Positions 1 to 11,399 of a stretch of 64,000 bases of DNA are shown one piece after another. The stretch covers positions 145,328,001 to 145,392,000 of the forward strand of contig OX597814.1 in assembly GCA_951406725.2 (NCBI GenBank), given 5' to 3'. The stretch comes from Octopus vulgaris (Eukaryota). Below the pieces are notes generated by a model. The model had not been told where the DNA came from. It ran no database searches and saw nothing but the letters and a program-made list of their open reading frames with translations. Position 1 is the first letter of the stretch. Each line of letters opens with the position of its first letter. A program made the position numbers and the translations under genes.

Positions 1-170
1 CCTGAAATGCATAGTCCCCCTACATCTGCCTATGGAAGATGCATGTCGTCTATTATGAGAAAATTGCGTATCAATACTTTCATATCTCATTGATGGGCGA
101 TTCTATGATATTGAAGTTGTAGATGGCAGTAGGAACAACCAAGATACTGAGTGCATCAATGTTTACTGTT
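1..170 (-). pseudogene. Degenerate Dong/R4-type LINE fragment (post-RT region)
   Basis: Manual minus-strand translation ...VVPTAIYNFNIIESPINEI*/SIDTQ..LIIDDMHLP*ADVGGLCIS resembles the YSFxIIxW..IDxKxRKLL..MHHPKADVxRLY motif of R4/Dong ORFs; stops and frameshift present. Confidence 0.5.
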
Positions 171-197
171 AAGACAATTTTAATCTTTTTACAGTAT

Positions 198-289
198 TCT
201 TCTTGTTATTGTTCTTCTTCTTGCTCTTATTGTTGTTGTTGTTGTTGTTGTTGTTCTTCTTCTTCTTCTTCTTCTTCTTCTTCTTCTTC
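198..289. repeat. Compound (TTG)n/(TTC)n microsatellite
   Basis: Directly visible. Confidence 0.95.
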
Positions 290-795
290 ACTAGTCTAGT
301 TTTATTGTTAATCAATACCATCCGCCGCCAAACAAGACAGTTGCCCAGACTCGTCACTAAACCTCAGTTGGTCGCTCTGTTAACTATCATATATAAGCAT
401 TTTAACCTTTGATAACAGGTTACTTTGAGATCTTTTCTCACGAAGACATTCTCCAGCCTTACACTCTCCAACAGACCTACGTTTCAAAGAGTTGACTAAG
501 TACTTCAGATAAGAAACAAGATGTTAAAGCAGCAGTGCTATTTCAGATATACTACACTTAAGAACATTTTAAAGCTATGCAGCCAAGTTACTGGTAAAAA
601 ATACTATTTATCAAAATAACATGTAGCACATGGAAACCTTTTGTTTTCCTTCTGTTCTTTTTGGCGGAATATTGTATTATGCTCCTCAAAGAAATCTACT
701 CGAATCTCACCATCAACCAAACCCGAAAAGCACATGCAATTCTCTACCTCTTGCCTCACATGTTTTGTTTTCCATGTATCTTTTTGTAATATTAA

Positions 796-1778
796 TCTTT
801 ATATATATAAAACTGAGAATGTGTGTCTGTCTGTCTGTCTGTGTGTTTCCCTAAAACCTGAGAACTACACAATCAATTTCATTCAAATTTTACACATGCC
901 TTACTTAGGGTCCCGGGAGTGTCGTCGGCAAAAAGAGTTTTGAACTTTTTGCCAAGTGCGAGCCCACAGCAATATCATATCTTCTCCACTATTTCAGTAT
1001 TACGTGTTAAAAGTGAAACAAAAACGTTTCTCTATTTTATGTCGGATACTTTCACTTTAACAATAAAAATAATAATAACAATTGAATTATATGTAGTAAG
1101 TGATAATTAAAATCAAACTGAAGTATAATATAATTGTAACATAACAAAAGTAAAAATTGGTATAAAATTGCATCAATGACTTGAACTTGAATAAGTGGTT
1201 TCACATGAATGGGAATAAATTAAAAATAAAATTAGCGTGCAGAAATGGAATAGTCCAGATGGATAATAAAAAATTAAATTAAAGAAAAGACTATTGTCTA
1301 TAAAGTATACAATGTAGAGAAAGTGTCTTGGTGCGACTATGAAAGGTATCTAATCAGAGGCGGTAAATTCGCCACAATAGAAGCAAGGTTCGAGTCAACG
1401 GAGCGTGCAAGGGAGTACTCGACTCGAACTTGCAAAGTGGAAATATTTTATTTTTACTTTTATATCTGGGAAGTAGGACGTCCCGGAAAAAAATTTAAAA
1501 TGCCCCCTCCAGAAATAGAGGTAGGCTGGATTGTAGCCACACATCTATACAAGAGGGAGGACAAGATACTATTGAGCGAAATTACAAGAGACGGGGCTAA
1601 CAATTCCAGTCTGTTATATATTTTGAGTATTGTTATCACTAGCGATATCAAGATATAACTTTGTATTTTGTATTTTATGTGTAGATGTATATATAAATAG
1701 ATGTACATGTAATATGTACACACACATATATACATGCACTAGCACTATGACCCGGCAACGACTGGTCTGTAATGCTAG
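796..1778 (+). mobile_element. Non-autonomous Helitron (~983 bp)
   Basis: 5' TC start (TCTTTATATATATAAAA followed by a (CTGT)n tract), imperfect subterminal hairpin GACCCGGCAACGACTGGTC at 1749-1767, 3' CTAG at 1775-1778, inserted between A795 and T1779 without TSD. Confidence 0.8.
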
Positions 1779-1949
1779 TAACCTATAAAATCCTTCCCGC
1801 CTAAGTTCTCCTTACTGTCGTCGACGTACTACTGCTGTAACCGAATATTGCCCATAAAAGGTGCCCCAATTAGATCAAGGATTTGTATCTGCCAAAGATA
1901 AAGATCAGGACTAAATACAACTGCAAATAAACATACAAATAGATAAATA

Positions 1950-2340
1950 AATTAAATGCATTGTCCTTGAGTGTTTTTGAATTTATTTAATATAAACTTC
2001 CGTTATATACATTCGAAATCAGAGTCTGTTGTGTGTTGCTAGGTGATTTCATACCAATCAACCAGGCCAGATGGGCGTTATATGGAAATAGTATGAGAGC
2101 ATTTATGTGTGTAGCAACACCGCTGTTTCAAGTGTGAGAGAACTCCGCTCTGAGTCTCAAATATGATTGTCTATGAAGTAATGTTGAAAGTTTTACAGGT
2201 CGGTGAAATAGAGGAAGTTTGGGTTCTTTATTAACAGATGTTGACGTGTTGATCGAATTTAGGTTTCAGGTAGCGGGCATTTGAGAGATAGTGAAAATTC
2301 CTCTGCGGAATCCCAATGAACTTTTGATGTCTAGGAATAA
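1950..2340 (-). pseudogene. Possible highly decayed Penelope-like GIY-YIG-region remnant
   Basis: Patchy minus-strand peptides GFRRG..YLSNARYL, TCKTFNITS, NSGVATHIN, KFILNKFK resemble the PLE linker/GIY-YIG C-terminus; many frameshifts. Confidence 0.3.
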
Positions 2341-2829
2341 GCAGAAAGTACATGAGTTCAAATCACGGCGAGGTCAACTTTAGATTTTATATGTTCACAT
2401 CGATAAGCTTAGTACCAGACAATTACGACAGTACATTTAACTCTCCCTAAATTTATATTAGTTCTGTATATATATTTACTTTAGGTAAATGTTAAAGCGG
2501 TTCTCCCTTTAACATGTCAGTACATATATATCTGACATATCACCGTTTTCATTGATTATATAAATTTCTCTGTAGTTTTTGTGTTCAAAGTTGTTCCATC
2601 GTGCTGGGGACAATGTTTCCTAAAGTAGCAAAATATTAAAGAACAGTTAAAATTATATTCTCTTTGTTTCGCATTCTTTTACAATCTTCTTTTACAATCT
2701 TGTTTTCATAATAGCTTTTCTGTGAGAAGTGTTCTTAACAAAGAATTATAACTTCCAAAGCTATGCACGACCACACACAAACACACACATCACAGACATA
2801 CATATGTATGTGTGTAAATATTTACATGC

Positions 2830-2843
2830 TTATATATATATAT

Positions 2844-2917
<74 letters not shown>

Positions 2918-2944
2918 ATGTATATGAATATGTATATATGTATG

Positions 2945-2978
<34 letters not shown>

Positions 2979-3121
2979 CATATATATATATGTATATATA
3001 TACATATATATATGTATATATATATACATATATATATGTATTTATATACATATATATATATATATACATATATATATATGTATATATATATATACATATA
3101 CATATATATATACATATATAT

Positions 3122-3155
<34 letters not shown>

Positions 3156-3246
3156 ATGGATATAATCCGCACTCACGCACATATATATATAATTATAAAT
3201 ATATAGATACACATATAAATATATATTTATATATATATATATATAT
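2830..3246. repeat. (TA)n-rich compound microsatellite
   Basis: Directly visible. Confidence 0.95.
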
Positions 3247-4639
3247 GGCTATATGTGCTCGAATAAATGCGTGTGCACATATATGTGCATGTGTATATAT
3301 AAATATAAAAGAGAAAGTAGAAAAGCAAAGAAACAACTCAGACAATTTTCTTCTCAAATAGTTTTCTCTTGTTTAGACAAGCACTTGTGTTTCTCAGCAT
3401 TATTACCTTGGGATAATAAACATCATGCAGAATAAAACGAAAGCAATAAAAGCTTAAGTAGGATGGTGATAGGATCATAGTGGAGTCTTATTGATTATTA
3501 TCCATGACAGGTTGAAAGAAAAAATATCAAAAACTGATAAAGAATCCTAGCAACACAAGAATTATCTAAAGTATTAAAATTCTAATCTTACATATTTGGA
3601 AACGAAGATGTCATTTTTTGAGATTTTATGTAAGTTTTGATGGAAAATAATGGCGTAACCTATAATCTTATTGTAGAATGAAAACATAATTTCAGAATCA
3701 TTTAGGGAGTTATGTGCTTATTTTCGATTTTAATTTTTAACTTAGTGTTTGCTTGCAATTTTGGAGTAAATTTTCCTATAACAAAATCTGAAAATGTCAT
3801 GTATCTTTATAATCATTTGTCAAGTACGATAAAATAAGTACACTTTCTTGTAATCTAAAAATTCGAACAAACTAATTTTTGTAGATTAGTAAGTTCTAGT
3901 CGTTATTTTTCTTCAGTTTGTTTTTCTAGTCTAGTTATTGACTAGTAAGTTGAACTGTGAGCACCTACAGGCTTTTTTGTTTATATTAGAATACATTTCG
4001 TTGTAAAGAAAATAATAAGTTTCTATCATACTCCATTGATAAACCCTGACGATTGTTTTGAAACGCCAATTATTGATTTCATAGAATGTTTTCTAGTACT
4101 ACCAATTTTGCATCACTAACAGTAACTGATGAATCGGTCTATTCGAAATTACTTCTCTCAGTCAAATTCACACCATCCTTTATTGTTCCAAAATTTGGCC
4201 TTCTACCAGTTAGGCTTGACTGAACAAATACAAAGCAATCAAATGGAATCTTAATAATAGAGAAAGTGTTTAATGATATACGTAACTCACAAACTTACTG
4301 ACATTCTAAGCTAGTTATTAACATTATTTACAAGAACTATTTCTATGCTACTTTTCGGCTAAGAATGGTATTTCTTCACATACAAATCTACAAATAACTT
4401 ATGAAGAGTTACAACAAACCATTCTTCCCCTAACGGAAGTATTATGTTGTTCATACAGAAAACATTAGAATATAAGAATAAGACATGCCAATAATAATTT
4501 CAGATACACTGACTCAGTTAATATAGATGTAGACTATCTTCTTGTTTGCTGAGGAAGCAATTTAATTGCTGATAATGAAAGTAACTATATTTCATAACAT
4601 AAATATTTATATTTATGTTATAATAATAACATTATAATA

Positions 4640-5238
4640 AATATTTATGTATAAATTTGTATTTTTCCCTTGGTTTTTATGTGCTAAGCCACTTGGTGTT
4701 AAATTGATGGTATTATTAAATTAATATCAATTTTTTCACCCTCATTTATAAATTCAATTATACTGCAGTAAATATTTGAAGCAGTATTCGATTCCAGTAA
4801 GTCTTATCGCTCTTTTGGCGGGGAAATTTGAATCATAATTACGAATACAATCGATTAAACCACACGTGTATTTGACGCTCGCTGCGACTTAATAAATTGT
4901 ATTTAAGACGAACCTCTGCTGAAGATTTATGGATGTTGTGTAAGTAAAATTGCATATTACATTAATAATGAAGCAATTGTTCAGGGTTAATCTATTGTTT
5001 CGTTGTGTTTCACTTGCCTTACGTTAAATGTAGTGGTATTCCTTCTTGGAAACAACCTTTAGTGGCTATACCATTAGCGGAGCTATTTTTAGCACTAGAG
5101 TGAACCACATAGTGGTCACTCTCTAATATTTATGTATAAATTTGTATTTTTCCCTTGGTTTTTATGTGCTAAACCACTTGGTGTTAAATTGATGGTATTA
5201 TTAAATTAATATCAACTTTTTCACCCTCATTTATAAAT
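4640..5238 (+). mobile_element. Partial tandem repeat (114-bp direct repeats, 485-bp period), Penelope pseudo-LTR-like
   Basis: 4640-4753 and 5125-5238 are near-identical; the interval contains a hammerhead-like motif and a hairpin at ~5097-5122. Confidence 0.6.
4911..4988 (+). ncRNA. Degenerate type I hammerhead ribozyme (long stem II)
   Basis: AACCTCTG-CTGAAGA-[long imperfect stem II]-GAAG-CAATTG-TT-CAGGGTT; stem I pairs, stem III near-palindromic; A15.1 is G. Confidence 0.55.
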
Positions 5239-6031
5239 GTATTTCATAACATTTACCTGGCGAAAATAAATTTACTCTACCATGCGAGATTACATCTTCA
5301 ATATGTTTTAGCTTTATCAGATAACTATATTGATTCCGTCCTTTATGATTGATAGCTGTAAAGCTTAATTGTTAATATCCTAGAAACCCGAGATTTTCAA
5401 GGAAGTTAAAATGATACGATACGCATTGGCTGTTCATTTAAATAATGCGAACTGACTTCAATTGGAAGTTAAAACATCGGCTGGCCGGAAACATATGAAT
5501 AACATTAATTAAGAAACTGATAACGTATTGATGTATTATATTATTACGCGATTACTTTTAGTTGTAACAGTATCAATGGTATCGATAACACATCTGTAGA
5601 TGGAGACCAGCTACACAATACTCAGAGGGTTGGGTTTCAAAGGCTGCAGAAGAACTGTCACAATCAAGCGCTTGTCCGACGTTGCTGAAAATGTAGATAT
5701 GGCCGGAAAGGAATGACCAACGGACCTAGTTATGCATTCCATTGATTATTTACAGGAATAGAAGGAAGAAGAGAACTGATTCCTTCGTCGGTCAGAGTGG
5801 CCTAATGGGCAGTTCAACAAAGACCCGGGAACACAAATTCACAAGAACAACCCAGGTTTTAATCTCGTTGGAGACAGGATTTTGGAAAGCAGGAGGAGGA
5901 CACCTAGAAGTCATGACCTTGGTGGGCTCGGCTCCCGTAAAGTGTCAGGAATAAGGACCGAAACACTTGTCGGATGGGAGTTCTTCCTCTGAAGGTCTCT
6001 CCTACTGTGCGCTTGCCTTGTGGCGAGTTTG

Positions 6032-6148
<117 letters not shown>

Positions 6149-6154
6149 AAATAT

Positions 6155-7131
6155 AAATTAGAGATAACAGTGCGTATTTTCCTGGAAGTACAACACGGCG
6201 AGAAATCCTGCTAGGAAACACCGTCTCTATTAGGAAAATCCTTTGCATCACGGGAAGAACGTGAGCCTGTAAGATCGCCTTATATCACTATTCATCATTC
6301 CCTCGACATGAATAGGCCTCCCTGGAACTTCAGCAGTAAAACAACTCCAAAACAATATTTTCGGTACGTGTTTTGGCGCGTGTTACATGTATCTTGGCCG
6401 ATGAGGTTTACTTTTGCTCCGTGTTACTACTGTACCCATGCATTTCAAAATGCGATTCATCCGAACATATTACCTTTCTGCAATCTTCTGCCTTCCATCC
6501 ATCATGATCGCGTGCCCAGCGCAGACATCTTTTTTTCACAACAGCAGTCAATAAATATTTACATACCAACTTTTTAGCAGGTTTGCCAGTTTGCAGGAGC
6601 CTTTATCGGACAGTTGAAGACGAAATATTTACACAAGCTGAAGCTAAATCTCTCTGAAGGTCCTTACTGGTTTCCCCTGGATCCTTCAGCTATTTCTGAT
6701 CAAAACCTTATCACCATAAGAGTTGTCTTGCGTCGTCTTTTACATCTTCTTCTCTGTAGTGTTTCTTGGGCGCCAATGTCTTCAGTACTCTTTACAATTT
6801 CACCAAAATTTGACTTTGTCATATTCGTTTCTTCAGCAATCTCTCTAATGCTAAATCCATTTTGTAAGAGCTACGATACTTGCACGCTTCTTGGATGTGG
6901 CATCCATCATGAATTTAAAGGCACGCAGGACCAACAACAGAACACGAGCTCTAGTGCAGCACTGAAGGAAATGCTGGAGCGAAGCCACAACTGATTAGAT
7001 TCCAGATGTCTCCACTACATTATTCTGAACGAAAAACAACAAAAACCTAATTTGATTAATCACAGAATACGACATATTATGAACAAGTCACTAAATTTGA
7101 TACTGTCCGAATTAATGTGCACACTACTATA
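6155..7131 (-). mobile_element. Tc1-family DNA transposon, 3'-truncated, with transposase pseudogene (~6160-6907)
   Basis: Manual translation: FSIREIAEET (HTH), CKRRRKTT, VNISSSTVR*RL, RCLRWARDH..W..DCRKVICSDESHF, KHVPKILFWSCFT, VEGMMNS, QDFSPCCTS. TIR-like TA-TAGTAGTGTGCACATTAATTCGGACA at ~7104-7131. Confidence 0.85.
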
Positions 7132-7660
7132 CAACTCGGATACGAGTTAAGGCCGACACCGACGAGAAAATTTATTAACCTTTTAAAGAAATAAATTCGA
7201 TGGTTATAACAAGAGACGTTTTCTTTTTTATAGTAACTTGACAAATCTATGGAAATATTTATTTTTTCTAAAGGAGTACTCTATTCACTAAACCAGGTGA
7301 AATTACATTTCTACAAACAACTGTATTTAGGTAGAGATACAAACATATATCTGTACGAAGAGTTATGCTTTATAAGTAGTGAATGACATTCATTATTTAT
7401 AATACAGAAATTCATAAAGAACATGACAAGGCCTGGCGATCGACTGTTTTGCATGGATATGTCTGTGTGTATATGTATATAACACTTAAACACGTTATGA
7501 AGGACCAACTAAGGTATGGAGTTATGAAGTATATAAATCTTGTAACAAAATTCAAACCATAAAACCGCTATATTTAGGTCCAATTTTCATCTCAGTATTA
7601 CTTAAATCTTCTATTAAGTTAGCTCTCTCCTCTCTTTTATCTCTCATGTATAGTTGTATT

Positions 7661-7883
7661 TTGTAATCCCTCGACGACTATCGCGGATGGTACATCTCCC
7701 CACCGCGATAGGTGAAAATCCGTGAAGTAGAAACAGTACTGTACTGTATATTCAAAAAAAATTATTTTTATAATTTGTATATATTTATTTTATTATAAAT
7801 GTAAAACAACACCACTAAGAAAACGGCGTAATCTTAAAGAATAAACCGCAATAGGTGAACTGCGATGTGGCGAGAGATTACTG
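7661..7883. mobile_element. Tigger/pogo-like MITE
   Basis: TIRs (tt)GTAATCCCTCG..ATCGCGG and TGCGATGTGGCGAGAGATTACTG-TA; internal CCGCGATAGGTGAAAATCCG motif typical of Tigger ends. Confidence 0.7.
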
Positions 7884-8389
7884 TACGTATTGTTATAAAC
7901 AGTGCTCACAGATATACATACATATAACACAATATCTGAATATTGCATATTTACATTACAGCCACCAGTTTTTGCAATCACATGGCTCGTTGCTTAATGT
8001 GACATAAGTTGTATAATTCAGCTTCATCCACATAGAATTTCGATGAAAGAATCAATTTAAGACAGTCATGTTTTGCATTGATAGCTTATTCATTTTGAAA
8101 TGTATCAACTATCAGCTGCAGAAAACCCTAACCAAATAATTCAATGATTTCAATGTAAAAGTTGTAGTGAGTAGCAAACTCAAAATAGTCAATTTCATTG
8201 ACACAAGTTCAGCATTACATTGAAGCAAATGATAAATACGAACTAATTTCAAGATCTCGAGTGCTGAGGATTGCAGAACGAAGGCGAAATGACTCTATCC
8301 ACTACTACGGGAGTATCTAATAAGTGAATTATATGGCAATATGAATATTATATGTTCTCTCACAATTTTCACTTAAAATAAAAATGATC

Positions 8390-8777
8390 TCAGGAATGGC
8401 TCCGTGATAAGTAGCTTGATTACCAACCAGATGGTTCCAGGTTCAGTCCCATTGCGTGGCACCTTGGGCAAGTGTCTTCTACTATAGCCTCGGGCAGACC
8501 AAAGCCTAGTGAGTGGATTTGGTAGACGGAAACTGAAAGAAGCCCGTCGTATATACGCATATGTATATATGTGTGTGTTTGTGTGTCTCTGTTTGCACCC
8601 CAAACATCGCCTGACAACCGATACTGGTGTGTAACTTAGCGGTTCGGCAAGAGAAACCGATAGAATAAGTACTAGGCTTACAAAGAATAAGTCCTGGGGT
8701 CGATTTGCTCGACTAAAGGTGGTGTCCCAACATGGTCGTAGTCAAATGACTGAAACAAGTAAAAGAATAAAAGAGTA
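8390..8777 (+). mobile_element. SINE family A (tRNA head, CORE-like CCTTGGGCAAG, internal microsatellite, LINE-like tail)
   Basis: Matches more than 10 other copies in the window; A/B-box-like head; tail GGTGGTGTCCCAACATGG..GTCAAATGACTGAAAC. Confidence 0.9.
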
Positions 8778-8941
8778 TAAGAAAAAAATATAAATCGTTA
8801 AGGGGTTCTCTCCCCTTAAGAAGAACATTCACTTACTCCTTCGTCTCACAGTCATCTCTCTCTCATCTCTTTCTTTCTTTCTCTTACCCCGTTAACAACT
8901 ATAAGCAGTAGTGGCAGTTTATAGTCAAATAACCACATATA

Positions 8942-9177
8942 CAAGGATGGCCAAACGTCACTCGATAGTAAATCAAACTTCCATAAATACTATCTGTAAT
9001 TCTATATTGACTCGAATGGAAAAAAAATGTGTCGCTGAAGAAGGACTTCAGTTTGAACAATTTTCCTGATGTTTTATATTTAGATGCTTTTATTAAATTC
9101 ACTCAGTTGTTAAACATAAATAAATCTTGGAATTAAACGGTTTTGATTTACTATCAGGTGACTTTTGGCCAACACTG
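8942..9177. mobile_element. Tc1/mariner-type MITE (236 bp)
   Basis: ~36-bp TIRs CAAGGATGGCCAAACGTCACTCGATAGTAAATCAAA / TTTGATTTACTATCAGGTGACTTTTGGCCAACACTG, flanked by TA on both sides. Confidence 0.8.
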
Positions 9178-10930
9178 TATTAGTGTTATAGTTAGTTTAT
9201 AATTTGAACACCAGACTTGTGACTTTAGCAATCTATATAAAATTCAGATAAAAGACGTAAACCAACTTTTATAATAGGGTAGTAAATTTATATAAAACAA
9301 CGTACCCACTTCGAGATATTTTATAGAAAATATTAAACATCAGAAATAAATACAGCATTTTAAGATGAAATGCAAATGAAATGTCACATGGTTTAATCCA
9401 ACACATTCAATCAATGTCAGTACTCCGATTAGAAAAATATTTCTCCATCTTGTCAAATTGCATTACACTTCTAGATGTAAATTGTGAAAAGTCCTCAACA
9501 CATATTCGCTAAAAATAAGCTATTAAAACAATAAAATTACTTCGCTAACCCGCAAAAATCTATAAAATATTATCATGATTTATTCATATAACCGAAATAT
9601 AAATAAGGTTAATACCCGGAAACGCAACTGCTAAGTACAAACCGTATCTCTGGTGAATGGTGATTGTCTCGAAATTGCAGTTATGTATTCATCCATTGTC
9701 ACATCTAACATTAATCAGATGAAAATATGTTACATCAGATTAACAAAAATCATATTAAGGTTACACAGTAACATCATAGTTATACGTTTAGAACAATATC
9801 AAGACGATCGCTCATTAATCAGGTGATTTATATCTGGTCTTTGAAAAATATTAATTTAATCTAAAACATTAGATGTTGCATCTAAAATAAAAGAGTACCT
9901 TATACGTAATCATTGTGAAATATCTGAAATATTCAATTTGCATATATATCTGTGAGATATACAATTTTACTAAAATATTGGTTACACATTCTCAGCTAAT
10001 TTCTTTCCACCCACATATACAAAAGTAATTTCATAGAGACCGCTAGAGTAGGCCACTATTTGTATACTAAAATAGGGATAAATACAATAATTTATTTAAA
10101 AAATTATTTGACATATTACATATAACGAGTCTTATACAAGTCTCAACTTGAGAATATATATACCGTCATATCCCGAAAAAATGTATATTAGTTTATTGCA
10201 AAATATATTGATTTTCGTTTTCAATCATGGGAGATTTACATAAAACTGCATCAATATAAATTAAGAGGTGGTCACAATTTACCATTACACGTTAAAACCT
10301 GGTGACACTCATGCCAGTCCATCCCGTAATTATGCACTATTCTCTAAACATAGTAATGAATAATAACCAGAATTTAAAAATAAAAAATAAAAATTTAACG
10401 AATAATAACAACATTCTTTTCTACTCTAGGCACAACACTAATAACAAAATGGAAGATCGCATACTTTTAGCAAATGCAAATATTTCAAACACTCACCCTC
10501 AGCAGAAGCAGTACTAGCACCAACAATATACCGTGTCACATCAAAACAAGGATCTAGGGTCACCTCACTACTGAACTTATCTACTCTGAAGTAATGCATC
10601 TGCGCACAATTGTTTTATCAGTTTGACACAACCCAGTCGTAGAATTACCGTAACTCGAATCTCGGAAACATGTGTGCTCTTATAAATCTCAAGTAGAATG
10701 AGAGACATGCAATGAAGTGTGTTGACTACTGGATTACAGATAGAGTCGACATGACAGGTTTCTACTCAGTTACCCTCAAATCAAATTCACTTGGTATGAT
10801 TCGAGATTAAGGGAAAGGAAACAGAGAAACACGCAATGCCATGGGATTGTGCAGTCGTACAATGTGTATGAGACCACTTTTCTAACGGCTGACAAGGGAG
10901 ACAGTCTCCCTCCCTACGACAAGCGTGATT

Positions 10931-10980
10931 GAGTCATATCAGAATTGATTTCAGATTTAATCAATCTTTGTCAGTGACTC
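10931..10980 (-). ncRNA. Type I hammerhead ribozyme with G8>A core mutation
   Basis: Minus strand GAGTCA-CTGACAA-AGATT-GATTA-AATCT-GAA-ATCA-ATTC-TGAT-A-TGACTC; all three stems pair, AUA triplet. Confidence 0.75.
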
Positions 10981-11212
10981 ATTACTCCGTACCTTAAGTC
11001 ACCTTGTCAGTCTCATAGAGAACACCATAAGAAACATCGACTGATTTCGAAAATGAGAATTATAAATTAATAAGGTGGCTTTTCGCTATTTAGAATTAAT
11101 TTATAATTCTCACTTCACCATTTTCGAAATCAGTCGATGTTTCATCTGGTATTCTGTATAAGGCTGCAAGGGCGACTTAGGTTCTTTAGCCCTGGGTCGG
11201 CGACAGAGTAAT

Positions 11213-11246
11213 GGGTCACTGATGAAGATTGATTAAATCTGAAATC
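11213..11246 (+). ncRNA. Partial hammerhead (intact core and stem II, stem III deleted)
   Basis: GGGTCA-CTGATGA-AGATT-GATTA-AATCT-GAAATC, then a deletion relative to the inverted copy. Confidence 0.65.
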
Positions 11247-11399
11247 TCACTTGTCGTAGGGAGGGAGCCCGTCTCCCTTGTTAGCCGTTGGAAAATTGCG
11301 CTCACGTGGTTAAGAGTTGTTTTGACTTTATTTTTCGCAATGTTAGTGCTTAGTAGCACTCCCTGTTCCTTTAGTGACGACTGTATATGCCCTCAGGAA

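Larger units (their letters stand above)
10878..11295. mobile_element. Long inverted repeat (~195-bp arms, 23-bp spacer) of a hammerhead-bearing Penelope-like pLTR
   Basis: 10878-11071 is the reverse complement, with indels, of 11095-11295; each arm has an HHR motif. Confidence 0.75.

Noticed and set aside
1323-1658. 111-aa ORF inside the Helitron
   Set aside because: GTG start and no Rep/helicase or other recognisable motif.
4121-4153. CTGATGA...GAAA hammerhead-like words
   Set aside because: No stem III or NUH site, and stem II overlaps the core.
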